From Pseudovirgaria hyperparasitica (Eukaryota): 64,000 nucleotides of DNA. The position numbers and the translations under genes were made by a program. The stretch lies in NCBI GenBank assembly GCA_010093815.1, contig ML996575.1; one strand, given 5' to 3'. Positions 1-13,300 of this stretch are shown in pieces (position 1 is the first letter of the stretch; the number at the start of each line of letters is the position of its first letter). The notes under the pieces are model-generated. The model had not been told where the DNA came from. It searched no databases and saw only the letters and a list, made by a program, of their open reading frames with translations.

Positions 1-3000
1 TTTAAGTACTAATAGATGCTACCTTCTATAGTATCGATAGTCCTATTAAATTATAGGGTACCTATACTATTAAATACGGCATCTAGGATAGCGGGGGGAA
101 GTAGAAACCCTACTACTTAACCTTCATCGTAGTAGATAGTCCCTTCGACATAATCCTTAGTATACCATAGCTCGAAAAATATAACCCGAAACTAGACTTC
201 ATCTAGAAAACAGCTAGCTAGCGCATGTACCCACTATAATAGAACCTAGTATAGCTAGTTAACGACGAATAATTCTAGAAGGACTATAAAAAGGTAATCT
301 CCGCTATCTACGTCCTCTTACTTACTTAAAATAGAGAGCTTAGTATTAAAGTAAACGAAAACCTACTATATTAGTATAAAATATACTAATATATCGCGTT
401 AGTGATCGACTTATCTAAATTACCTTAATACTAACCTAACGACCTTACTATTAACCTTAAAGACGGTTAATAACCCCTATACGGACCTATCTACCCTCTA
501 TTAGAACCCGAGCTATAGGTCCTCCGAGAATACATCGAAAAGAACCTTACGCGAGGATAGATTAGGCCTAGTATATCTCTAGCCGGAGCTCTAATTCTCT
601 TTATAAAGAAGAAGGATAGGAGTCTCTATCTATGTATTAACTACCGTAGCCTAAATAATATCACGCGAAAGAATTATTACCTACTACCTCTTATCTCTAA
701 GTCTATTAATAGACTAGGGCGCGCGAAGATCTTTACTAAGCTCGATCTACACGACGTCTACTACCGCCTATATATTAAGAAGGGCGATGAGTAGAAAACG
801 GCGTTTAGGACCCGTTATGGACACTTCGAGTATATAGTGGTCCCTTTTAGACTAACTAACGCGCTAGGAACCTTCTAAGCGTATATTAATAACGCGCTAG
901 TAGGCCTACTCGATATAACGTGCATCGTATACCTTAATAATATCCTTATCTTCTCTAATAACGAAGAAGAATATATCTAGCACGTACGCGTAGTCCTAGA
1001 TAGGCTAGAAAAACATAAGCTATATATTAAGCTATCTAAATACGAGTTCTACTAGGACCACGTTAACTTCCTTGGCTTCGTTATTACTAATTAAGGTATA
1101 ACCATAGAAAGGGATAGGGTCGCTACTATCGTGGACTAGCCTAAACTAAAATTAATTTAAGATATACGTGTCTTTATTAGATTCGCTAATTACTACCGAA
1201 AATTCGTTAAGTATTTCTCCCGGCTAGTAGCACCGCTTAACGCGCGTACTACCACTATAGATTCGTCTATTACGGTCCGCGGTAGATAGAAACAGTGTAA
1301 TATTAAATCGTAGCCTATAGAATTATTAGAAGGCGAAAGGGCCTCCTTCGAGAAAATTAAAGAGGCATTTATAACTGCCCTATTACTAGTGTACTTTAAC
1401 CTAACTAAACCTATCCGCGTCGAAACCGACGCGTTAGAATTTATAATCTTAGGCATTCTCTCCTAGCCTAGACTAACTAAGTCTAAAAAGGTCTAATAGT
1501 ATCTAGTTACGTTCTTCTCACGTAAAATAGTCGATGTTAAGACTAGATATACTATCTATAACCAAGAGCTACTAGTAATAGTAGAGTCGTTTAAATAGTA
1601 GCGATATTATCTTAAAGGTGCCATATATAACGTCGAGTTACTAACTAATTACTATAACTTAAAGGGGTTTATAAGCACGATAGTTTTAAACTATTAATAG
1701 GTCTAATAGGCTAAGTAGCTTATAAACTTTTACTTTATAATCTACTATCGACCTAGAAGTATAAACCTAGCTAATAGAATATTAAGAAGACCTAACTATA
1801 AAGAAGGCGCCTAGGATTATAGTAGCTATAGGGTCCTAGAGTAGCTATAGGCCTAACTCTTAAGGACGAGGTTAGATTTTAAGTTATTAGACGATTAGCA
1901 AGATACTAACATCAATACCAGTAATCAAATCTCTAAGACCGAAGCCGGTAACTAAAGACGCGGTACCGAAGTCCCTAGTAGGCCGTTTATTAGCGCTATT
2001 AGGAAGGGCGATAATGCCCGGCGTGAATATCTAATTAACCTCGCCTAGTTAATTATAGATCTATAGAAGATAGACCCGATAGTTTTAAAGTTATATAAAA
2101 TATAGTAAGATAGGTTATTACGGACTAAAGTAGACTATAAGTGGACCTTCGTGGACGGCTTACTTTACTATAATAGAAAGTACTATATACCGATAAGTAA
2201 CGCGTGATTTAACGTAGTTAGCTAATACTATAATACTAACCTAGTAGGATACTTTAGGTATATACGTACTCTAAGCTTAATTCGTTAGTACTATTTTTAG
2301 AAAGATATGCCTAAGTACGTTAAAGAATAGATAGCTACTTATCCGATTTATTAAAGAACGAAGGCCCCTAGGCATAAGCTATATAGGAATTTATAGCCTC
2401 TTTTAGCCCCCCTCTTTATATAGGAAGACGTTACTATAGACTTTATAGTTAACTTACCTCTAAGCGAGATGCTTAGAATAAGTTATAATTCTATTCTTAT
2501 TATCGTAGATAGACTTATAAAGATATCTAGGTATATCCTAGTATAGAAGACGATTACATCTAAAGAACTAGCGCAGGTGTTCTAGAACGAGATTATTAAG
2601 GTCTATAGTATACTAAAAAGGATCGTTACGGACCGAGGAAGTACCTTCACGTCTAAATTCTAGACGTTATTCTACGAAATAGTAAGTATAAATAGAAATA
2701 TATCTATAGTATTTTATCCTTAGACGGATAGCTAGATAGAGTAATAGAACTAGACGCTCGAGGCCTACCTACGTGTATTCTATAATTTCGAGTAGGACGA
2801 CTAGGCCTCCCTACTAAGTATAGTAGAGTTCATATATAATAATAGTCGTTATAGCACGATAGGTATTATACCTTTCTAGGCGAACCTCGGACGTAGTCTA
2901 AGGATAGGTTTTAAGCCTTAGACGGTCTAATTTAATCAAATAATAGACGTAAACGTCCACGCTTAGAAATTAGTAATTAAAATCTTCGAAACCGCACGTA

Positions 3001-3670
3001 ACTATCGCGCTATAATCTAATAAGTAAACGACTTATATACGAAGTACTATAATAGGTTAGCTAAGGATTAGACGTACGAGGAGGGCGATAAGGTCCTTCT
3101 TAACGTCCGTAATATATGAACGTCGTAAGTAAATAAGAAGCTCGATTATAAAATGGCTGGTCCCTTCCGAATTAAACGTTATATCGGTATAAGAGCCTAC
3201 GAGCTTAACTTAGAAAGCGATATAAGAATCTATAACGTGTTCCACGTCTTACTACTCGAAAGATTTCGACCTAACGTATATGGCCGTACGAACGTGTAGT
3301 TATACTCTATTATACCCTAAGATAGACTAGACGTGTTCGAAGTGGACCATATTATTAAATATAGAATCGATAAAGACGGTGTTTAGAAATATAGAATCCG
3401 TTAGAAGGACTATACTAAGGACGAGGATACCTAGGAACTAGCGGTATATATCTTAAGTTCTATAATAGCTGCGTATAAGTAAAAGATATAGAATAGTATA
3501 TTATTAATATAAGTATAGTAACATCACGGTTATTATAAAAAGAAGAAGAATACTATAGAGAACGAAGTGCTAAACTAGGAAATCTAGACGCGCACTAGGA
3601 AAACTCTATATAGTAGCCCTATAATTCAAGCGTTATATGGTTACTAGACGCGAAGAAAGCGTAAATAACC
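1..3670 (+). pseudogene. Gypsy A pol (RT, RNase H, integrase, chromodomain)
   Basis: LDLHD.Y.RL.IKKGDE(W)KTAFRTRYGHFEY..VPF.LTNA at ~741-865; YL(DD)IL at ~928; VETDA at ~1419; GPF at ~3158; FEVDHI...YRIR(W)KDY...DT(W)E chromodomain at ~3335-3440. Confidence 0.93.
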
Positions 3671-4099
3671 ATTTTAGGAACGCGACGCGATATACCATAA
3701 TAGAATAACATAGAAGAGTCTAGAATAGACTAATATGGACCATTATATATAAGAAAAACATAGGACTAAGAACCTAAAAAAAGGTACTCTACCATAGAAT
3801 TAAACTCTTAACACGAAATATAAAAGGTTAGAGTACCCGAACTAATAACTACTAGGCTACTAGTTTAGGTACTCTAATAGAATTTATAGAGATAAACTAA
3901 TTTATATATAGTGCCTATACTTAGGTGACTTAAGGAAAATTAGAATATAGAAACCGATAGTTATAAGCTAAGCGAGCGCACATATAATATTATTAAGTTA
4001 AGAATTAAATTACTAGAAACTAGCCGACGGGTATCTAAACGGTCTAAAAAGGACTAAAACGGATAAAAGCCAGGTAAACAGAGCCGGCACGCACCACCT

Positions 4100-4240
4100 A
4101 TAGTAGATCTAGAATACATAGAGCTAGGTATAGAGCCAACATATAGAGCTAATATATAGAGCTAGGCATAGAGCTAACACATAGAGCTAGACCATAGAGC
4201 TAACATATAGAGCCAAACCCATAGAGCTAGAACCATAGAG
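4100..4240. repeat. Short tandem repeat (CATAGAGCYA-type, 9-10/19 bp period) in family A 3' region
   Basis: Repeated catagagct/tatagagcc units; shorter in the second copy at ~50005-50055. Confidence 0.8.
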
Positions 4241-4254
4241 CTACTCCTCTATCT

Positions 4255-5549
4255 TATTATCTATCCTAACCTCTAGTATAGTTCTCTCTAACCGCACGAT
4301 ATAGCGGCGGAGGACGATAACCTTAGCCTCTAGAGTAATAACCTAATCCGTTAGAGCCTAGAGGGAAGAGTCTTAAGCGCCGGAGCGTAGTAACTAGGTC
4401 TAAAGTTAGCTAATATAATCTAGAATAATCTAGAAGGGAATATATACCCTCTTACGAGGCGACTTAGAGGGAGAAATAGTAGACCTCTTATAAGATCTAT
4501 TAGTAGCGCGAGATGGACGGGGGGGATAGAGCGAATCCTCTCTACGGCCTCTATAGCTAGAATAGACTCTCTAGAATAGGTAGCCTAGGCGCTAGGGATC
4601 TCGCGGCGGCTAGAAAAATCAATAGGTATTAAAAATAATTAACGTGCTTATAACTTATACTTTAATAACCTCTAGGAAGAGCTTATAGCGCTCCCTAAAC
4701 TCCCTCTATATAGTAGATAGGCGGCTATAAGGACCCCTAAGGGTCTCGCGGACGCGAAGGTCGTTATATATATCTTATATATATATAGAAACCTAAGAAT
4801 GTATTAGCGCGGACCACTTTAGATTATACTAGATTAAGATAGCCTATTATACTTACCTATAGATAAGTCTTACTAGTCATGGTATAGCGGCGGTAGCGGG
4901 TAGGTAGAGTAAAGATAGAGTATATAGGCCCGTCGCGGTTAGTAGAGTAGTAGCTAATACTAGAGTTAGAGCGAAAGAGATATTTAGAGCCGGCTATATG
5001 GCCCTTAATATACTTATAGTATATTAAACCGTAGTTCGCCGTTTTCCTATGGCGTAAACCGTGACCACGTTTAGTATCCTCGGCGACCTAGGCCTTATTA
5101 TTAGTAGGCTAGGGTTTAGAGCGAATATTAAGATTCTAAAAGGACCTAGAGCAACTAAATCAGTCTATATTAGACCAGAAGGAAGAGCGGCAAGGCAGCG
5201 GCGTAGGTAAGCGCGAGGGCTCGCGATTATCGTCTATAATAAGATCTTCTTTATCCTCTAGAGGAGGTAGAGTAGGCGGCGTGCGCTTTAGAGCGAGAGG
5301 AGAACCTACGACTACTTTATCTATAAGTTTAGTACTAGGATTACCTAGATTAGAGCGACTAGTAGCTATATTAGTGGTAGAGGTAGTAGTAGTAGCTCTA
5401 GCTACTCTCTTCTCCGACTTAGAGCGCGCCTTTATACTACCGCGATAGGTAGGCTTCTTAGCCGGCGTAGCTAGGGAGGAGGCGATACCTTTAGAGCGAG
5501 TCTTATAAGAGGAGGAGGTAGGCTTAGAGATAGGACTAGTATTAGATAT
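4255..5549 (-). pseudogene. Antisense spliced accessory gene of family A, copy 1
   Basis: Reverse complement of 48696-49990; ACTTAC (donor on minus strand) at ~4851 and ~5733. Confidence 0.6.
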
Positions 5550-6028
5550 CTATATATATATGTTAGCTAGAGATCTAAGGAAGGAATATTCGTCTATCCT
5601 TAACGGCGATTAACGAAGCTAAATTAGTAATCGTAATAACGCGAATAGGTTACATAGGACCGGTTCTAATAAGAATAGACCACTATAGACCCTTCTAAAC
5701 CTAAACTAGGGAAGATAGTATATAAATTAACGACTTACCTTAAGAGCGAGGTGGATGTACTAGAGAATAAAATCAAAGGCGAGCGAAGCTAAATATATGC
5801 TCGACTAAAGTAGTAATTACGTGTTCTAGGTAGTAGCCACGAAGCAAGGGATAAGCGTATGCATAAACTAGTAAAAGTAAACTAGAATCTCGAGTTTACC
5901 TATATTAAGGATAGTTATAACGTCATAGGAACTTAGTCACGGATGTATAGATATACGATAGATTATAGAGACTTAGGATTATACATACTTGAGTACTTCG
6001 GGGCGAAGCATAAAAAGAAGAAGGATAT

Positions 6029-6266
6029 TATTAGGACGGGAACTATAATAGACCTATATAGACCATTCTAATCCATGCAGCCACGTAGTGGCTAGAGCTA
6101 GGTTAAGTTAGCTAAGTTAAGCGAGGTTACTATATAAGTAGACCGCATAAACCGATTCCTACTCGTTAGGAATCAACCTCGTATAAGAGTAAGATTACTC
6201 TATAAATACATTCCTATGTCTCTCTATGAACTGTTAGACTACTATCCTACGTCTTTACTCTTTATA
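6029..6266 (+). repeat. 3' LTR of family A (238 bp), preceded by polypurine tract
   Basis: Matches 47979-48216 and 55784-56021 in reverse complement; AAAAAGAAGAAGGA just upstream. Confidence 0.95.
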
Positions 6267-7858
6267 GTTACGCTCGTAATAAGGACATGCCTAAGGAGGA
6301 GTATAATAGGATGAACGAGCTATACCTCGCTACCTAGAACCTAGTTACCATCCACGCCTAGATTCATGTAGGGACCCTATATGTTATGAACATCGCCAAG
6401 GTAGCCCGTAATATATATCCGATTTTGGTCGTAATGGAAGAGGCTACGTATATCCTTGAAAGTAATACACTCGGGATTATCGTTAATTACACTACTATAG
6501 AATAGTAACCGACATTTGTTTATATCGGCGACCTACGCTAGCTCGATACCTACTAGTATAATAGTACTAATACATAGGCCGCGAACCAGAGGATCTCCTT
6601 TATAAAGCGCTAGATATAATATAGTTTCCCGACCACTCGCCTTACCGAGTTAGAATACTTAGTTCCTAGAATAATAAACGTTATATCGCTAATTACTTAC
6701 TTGGGCGAGCTAACGACCTCACCCCGTATAACGAATAATGTCGATATACTACTCGTAGAGACCGTTCGATAAATATTTAGAATCCGCGGCCATTAACATG
6801 TTATATACGCTAACATTAACGGGGATCACGCGTACACGGTAAATAACTTAATATATAACATGGACTTATTATGTTTCACTTAGTAGATTATTACCGAGCT
6901 CTTCTATTATAGCGTCGCACTCGATCGCGTACTCTATATTTCTATATACGCCGCCTAACGTGATCTGTTTAAAGGGATGGTTAGGAACTCGCTTCTAACT
7001 ATACTTACCGTAGCGGATAAAGCTCGATTTAATACCCTACCTAAGCCGGTATAGAAGCTTGTCCAATGGCGTTCATAGGACGGTTCTTAGAGTTATAATA
7101 ATAATATAGTCCTTATTAACCCGGTCTAAACTAATCACTTCGGCTTCCTCTCGGAAGTAAACCGTAACATCATTACTATTACGCGCGCTAAATAGATAAT
7201 AGTTATTATTACTAACTTCGTATCTCTTAAGAGGTAGAAAGTCCTAGACGGCGTACTCGGCGAGATATAGAATAAGTACTCTAAGATTCATACGATATAC
7301 ACGTGCACGACCCCCGACCTAGATAGCCTCCCTCTACTCTCTAACATGCCTAATCCCTAATACGGTCGCCCTATACTTAGTATTAGAGAGAGGGGAGAAC
7401 GAAGCGATTAATAAACTACTAATAGTACTAAGCCCCGTAAGCCGCTAGTCTACCGTAAATATAACGTTAAAGGATATAAGTCTATTAAGTATCTAAGAGG
7501 GTCAACACTTATATATAATAACTATTAGGACATCGGCTATAAAGCTAATGTTTACCCTAAACCCAAGACGCTTACGGGTACGTTTTACCATAATTATAGA
7601 ACTACCAGTTATACTCGGCGTTATTATCCTAGCCGCACTAAATTACCAGCACGCATAAATAGTAATAATCTAGTTAATACTACTAGAGCTAATACTACTA
7701 GAGCTAATGCTACTAGAACTAATACTACTAGAACTAATACTACTAGAGCTAATACTACTAACGAAGTAACTACTAGCGGCTAGGACGATGGAGACTACGA
7801 GGATGCCGGCCGAGATAGCGGTATTACGATATATAAAGACATGGAAGTCAATTAGTAA
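6267..7858 (+). pseudogene. Upf1/Dna2-like SF1 helicase C-terminal half plus three CCHC zinc knuckles; interrupted at 5' by Gypsy A
   Basis: One frame: VMEEA (6431), YIGDLR(Q)L (6521), SF..R, YAA(Q)R, S(Q)DGS(Q), GFLSEVNR..I.ITRAK (7142-7192); three Cx2Cx4Hx4C spacings with RIP C>Y/H>Y changes at ~7451-7630. Confidence 0.82.
7672..7762. repeat. 15-bp tandem repeat, about 6 copies, in helicase tail
   Basis: (CTAATACTACTAGAG/A)n. Confidence 0.9.
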
Positions 7859-8774
7859 TAGTATACGATTGGACTTACGTGTTAGGGCTACTTAGTTACG
7901 GCTTCTTAGTAAGTATACCTCTATATCTATTTTAGATATAGTTACGACATCCTACTAGGTAGATAGTTTAGCTCTATTAAAGACCTATTAAGGGTATTTC
8001 TATTACGTCTACTCTAGTATAGACGCGCTATTAGATAATACGGCGCCACTAGGTACGTTAACTAGTACCCACTGATTAAGAAATAAACACGATTCTATAT
8101 CTACCGTGAGCCCCGGCCTAATAACGTAGGCTTCCTTTAGTTATCCCCTTCATACTTTTAAAACTACTTCTAGCCTTTATATCGGGAGATATTACTACCT
8201 AAAGAGAAAATATAAAAAAACATACGCCCTGATTAAAGCCTCTACCTTTAGACTTTAACTATAATATATATAGGATATAGTAAACCCAAATATCGCGTAC
8301 TTTAAAAGCATGGAAGGATACGACACTCGAATACGACGAAATATAGGCTTATAATACTTAGAGAGTATCTAGGGATAAGTACATGAATATAAAATGGGAT
8401 AAGACTAACGCGGCACCTTGTACATGCGTAGCCATGTACCGTCCTAGACGTAGTCGCCTACGATATAATATTGCGAGATGAGAATTATGGCTATCCAATT
8501 CTATTAAGGGTATTAGACGATATAAAGTAAATAACCATACGCCCGACCACGCTATGCTAAGTCACGTGCGTGTTATAAACGCGTGTTCGAGGAATAATAA
8601 GAATATAAACGAGGTTCACCTAGTAGGTACCTCGTTATTCCGGCTTCTACCTCTATCGTCCGATCTATACCTCCGTCTTCCTCGCGCCTATAATATACTA
8701 CGTGTATACTATATAATTAGTCCGTAAATTATAAATACTATATTAACTACGTACGTTAACTATATACGATTAAC

Positions 8775-9945
8775 ATGTCGAATCCGATTCTATAACAAAG
8801 TAACCGTCTAAATATAGTAATTGCTATAGCACTACTTCGCATCTTAAGCCTAGATATATAAGTAAAGCGTGAAGCTATGGAGGCGCGTATAAGGTAGCTA
8901 TATATAGAAGTATATACGGCTACTCTACTCGTAGACCATGGGCGTCGAACTAAGAACGAGCTTAGCGTAAAAAGAGTACATAAGATTATTAATAAGGTAG
9001 CGGGCGAATTCCTAGTAGTATAGGAAAGAGTAGTAGAGTGCATAGAGATAAAGGCGCTATACCATATCTACGACTAGGTACGCACTATAGTATAGAAAAC
9101 CGTATATTATAGAAAAACTATCTCTAAGTATAAGAAGAGGCGCGTAATTATAGCCCTACATTCTACGACCTTATAATCCCCGCCTATTACGACCTTATAA
9201 CCTCCGCCTATCGCGACCTTATAACCCCCGCCTATTACGACCTTATAGCTCTTATATACCACGACCTTATAGCCTATACTCGCAGCGGTCCCATAGCCCA
9301 CTAACGTATATACTACGAGAAAAATCAAATTCACGATTAGGTTCGACGATAACGTATTCCTTAAAATACTAGTATCTATATCTAACTAGTGGAAAGACTA
9401 TAGCGACGCTTCGTATATTAATTTAGTAGTATTTATACGGCGAATTAGGGTCTAATATATAACGAAGACTAGGAGGGTACTTAACTAGAGCCGTACTACC
9501 ATGCATTCTATCGTGCTAGTGGTCGAGTATATAATAAGTAGAACGGAACCAGAGGTAGATATTAGATGGCTTCTATAGTTAGTAATCGAATATATTCTAG
9601 AACATAGTAATAGTATAATACTCCTTAGCCTTAGATAGGATATAGATGGTATACCCGAAGTAAAACGAAATATAAACCAGCGACTAACACATGATAGTAT
9701 AGACGGCTATATATAGATTACGCTTAAATAAATCCGCCCCTCCGTCCCTAATGCCATACTCGCTACGATTAGTATAATAATAGTAATAGAAAGCTACCGC
9801 CTACGACGGTAGAGATACCCACGGAGATAGTATTATAGATAGTAGATAGCATTATCTAAACGACTTAACCCTTCCTCTAGCGATACTATATATACTACTA
9901 TCGGCACCCGGGAAGTCGCGAGACTAACCTATAAGCTCTAAAGAT
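8775..9945 (+). pseudogene. Unknown ~390-codon ORF with TTLQPPPI repeats
   Basis: ATG at 8775; frame is broken mainly by TAA/TAG consistent with RIPped CAA/CAG/TGG; 24-bp in-frame repeat at 9165-9275. Confidence 0.5.
9165..9275. repeat. 24-bp tandem repeat, 4-5 copies
   Basis: ACGACCTTATAAYCCCCGCCTATT units. Confidence 0.88.
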
Positions 9946-10323
9946 AGTGACTTCGAAAGCCTTAAAAGTACCTTAGATATAGAGGATATGGATATCGCTT
10001 TCGAAGACTAATAGGATAATAAAAAGGGTGCTAGAGGTAGTAAGAGTAGCGTGCGTACTTGGCTAAGGCGATGCGATCCGACGTAAGACGGCTTCTACCT
10101 ACTATATATTAGTATATACCCGATTCTACTAGCTATATAACTATGGCGTATATGTTCGGTTAAGACGTTACAATACCGATATAAGCCGGTATCTACCTAG
10201 TTCACGTCGGGATACGCCCGGTCCTACTAGCTATATTATTACTATGACTATAATTATATAAGATCTACTCTAATAATTAAACATTTACTTATATACTTCA
10301 CTTCCTCCGTACTTATTAAAATT

Positions 10324-13300
10324 ATGTTATAATTACTAAACGCGGCGACTTAACTCCTACCGCCTAAATCTAGTTTTTATATCTTATCGCCATTAACGCC
10401 GTCTTACTACCTATGGCCTAAGTCGTATATAGAAATAGATAGGCATAACGAGAGTTACGACTATCCTAGTTTAACTACCGGCCATAGGATAGCTAACCGT
10501 GACATGCATATACGACGTGCGGAGGCCTTAAGCGTTAGCGCCCTCCTACCTTATATCTAGTACCTCTAAGGCCTATACCTAATACCCGAAATAAGTTATA
10601 ATATATATAGGGCTACTATTATTAAGATAGTAAGTAAAGAAGTGGTAATAGAGCTTAAAACTAGTGGTATAGATACTACTATACTCCATAGGATAGTTAA
10701 GGAAACCGTTACTAGAGAATTCAATTAGTATATCGCGGCTATAAATGGTAAGTTAGTACCGACGGTTACGACCATAGATATAATAGAGGCTAAACTAGAT
10801 ATAGATACTATAGGCATAGATACGTAGACATAGTTGCCGCTGGAACATAAGGAGAAAGATAATATAGAAGATACTAAAATGGAAGACGACGTAGCTAGTA
10901 TACTTAGACATATATATATATACACGGTTCTAGATACTAACATTAGAGTAGTATCGAATATAGGCGCGGTTATAACCACCGACATAGATAATTCATCTAC
11001 GAATATCGTCGTGTCTAGTGAAGCTTATCTACGCGTAAATACACTAGCCATAGAGACATAGTTATAGTTGCCGCCGGAACATGCGGAGAAAGAGAACGTG
11101 GAAGATACTAAAATGGAAGACGACGTAGCTAGTATACTTAGACATATATATATATATATGGTTCTAGATACTAATATTAGAGTAGTGTCGAAGATAGGTG
11201 CGGCTATAACCACCGACATAGATAATCTACCTATGAATATCGTCGTGCCTAGCGAAGCTCATCCACGCGTAAACACACTAGCTATAGAGATATAGTTATA
11301 GTTACCGTCGGAACATACGGAGAAAGAGAACGTGGAAGATACTAAAATAGAAGATAACGCAGCTAGTATACTTAGACACATATATATATACATGGTCCTA
11401 GATACTAACATTAGAGTAGTATCGAAGATAGATACGGCTATAATTACCGACATAGACAATTCCCCTACGAATGCCGTCGTGCCTCTAGATACCGGCGAGA
11501 CTTATCTATAGCTACTAGAAATAAAGAGGACACTCTTAGATAACATAGTAAACCTAGTCGATTCTCCGAAACGCCTAAAACTAGAATATATTATACTACT
11601 AGATGTTAACTAGTAGACACGTGAAAACCAGAAACTGTTCGGGTTAGTAGATAATTTATATAGTAGATATATATCGGATAGTACATTAGCGAACGGCCTT
11701 AACTTTAAAATCCTTTCTATAGACGACGACTCTAACGGAGACGAAGTAAAGCTAGATATAGAGGACTTAATTCCGGTAGATAACGATGTTAGTACGAAAC
11801 TATAGGAAGCGTAAGTTATACTAAGAAGTAAGTAGGAATATACACTGCCATACTAATGTATCTATAGAATATTCGCCGTTAATAACTCTAATAAAGTAGT
11901 CTAAGCTATCTCTTATTATACGGAAGAGATGCGGTTACTTACTATAAGTATATTTAGGCTTACGCTAGACGACCTAATAAAGGAGTTCGGCCATATACCC
12001 ACTCTATATCTAGCCTTTAGTATAAGTGGGTTATATAGGCTATAGGCCGGCTAGTTACTCGCGGTAGTTACTATGTTTAAGTAGCGGGCGGGTCCGTAGA
12101 AGTACTAGATCTTAGTAGATGGCCTAGGGCTAGGGAAGATAATCGTGCTTATAACGTTCATCCACCTCGCGTTTTATTAGGACTTTCTACGCGATAATAT
12201 AGAACTTAATCTAGGAAATCACCTATAACCGACTTAAGACTCGGGCATGGATAGGAAGTGCCTAATATAATCTCTATATCTAATTAAATGTCCGTGTAGC
12301 TAGACCGATAATTTCGTCCATGTGCCCCGCCTTCGAGGACCATTTATACTATACTACCTAAGGTCCCTTCTAATAGCGTATTAGCCGCAGCGCTTTGAAT
12401 AGATGTATAATAATACGGATAGTATATTTACCGATTAAATCGATAAACGGAACCTAATAAAGATAATAGTGCGGCTGGCGTACTCGAAAACCCTTACTAA
12501 CGCCCCTAGTATCCGATAATTCTCGCATGTAGACCGATAATACTTAGCTAAGAGATGCCCACACCCCGAATGGGAACACAGCGTCGATATTAGTAATACT
12601 ACCAAATTCGAGACCGACGAGGAGTATATCGTTAGGGCATGGTCAATTCCCGTTAATAGGACCGCTACTACCGAATTTCCGTCGCGATACACGAAGAACC
12701 ATATAATCTATAGTACTATCTAGAGTATAGAACCCTAATATCTTAAATCTTTTAAGGGACGCGTGGTTATAAGAGTAAAGAGGGCGAAATAATTCGGTAC
12801 TAAAAACACTTAAACTCGCGAAGTAGCATTCCTCGGTATATTAATAGTAGACGAGTTCTATTCCGTAAAGAACCCCAATATAAAACAGTATAAATATACG
12901 ATATATAATACCCTTATATTTAGTATATAGGTTAGTGTAACGCCCCTCTTAAATAGTCTAGTAGATATTCTAGCGGCTATTGAGGTAGGTGCTCCGGATA
13001 AGTTACCCGACTACGTCGACGATAATACTACTAAAAGAGTATTCGAGAGTCTATAGAATAAAACTATAAGAAAGATTATTATAACGTGGTCGAATAAACT
13101 CCTTAGTTTAATAAAAGGTAAGTCGGTGGACACGATGGCCGCGATAGTCCGTAGGGCATTAGAAACCATAGAAGGTAAGCGCACACTACGTATGGTAGCC
13201 GATTAGTATTTACTATTTATCCTATAATGGGGACTACCAACTAAATAGTTTAACGGAGAGGCATGTCTATCTACGACATTAAAGCTAGTAGTAGAGTTTA

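Larger units (their letters stand above)
1..6266 (+). mobile_element. Ty3/Gypsy chromovirus family A, copy 1 (5' part outside window), RIP-degenerate
   Basis: Pol motifs in RT-RNaseH-IN-chromodomain order; 3' LTR at 6029-6266; reverse-complement match to 47979-54168. Confidence 0.95.

Noticed and set aside
1193..1456. Minus-strand short ORFs from the track (also 8756, 9107, 10725-11459, 12435, 20073, 25430, 28357, 32189, 32610, 34847, 41765, 48797)
   Set aside because: They are antisense shadows of RIP-broken coding frames on the other strand, with I/Y/L/V-rich composition and no motifs.
6267..7858. Helitron Rep/helicase
   Set aside because: The motifs are Upf1-type (EEA, GD..QL, GFL...R...TRAK), not PIF1-type, and no HUH Rep domain is visible.
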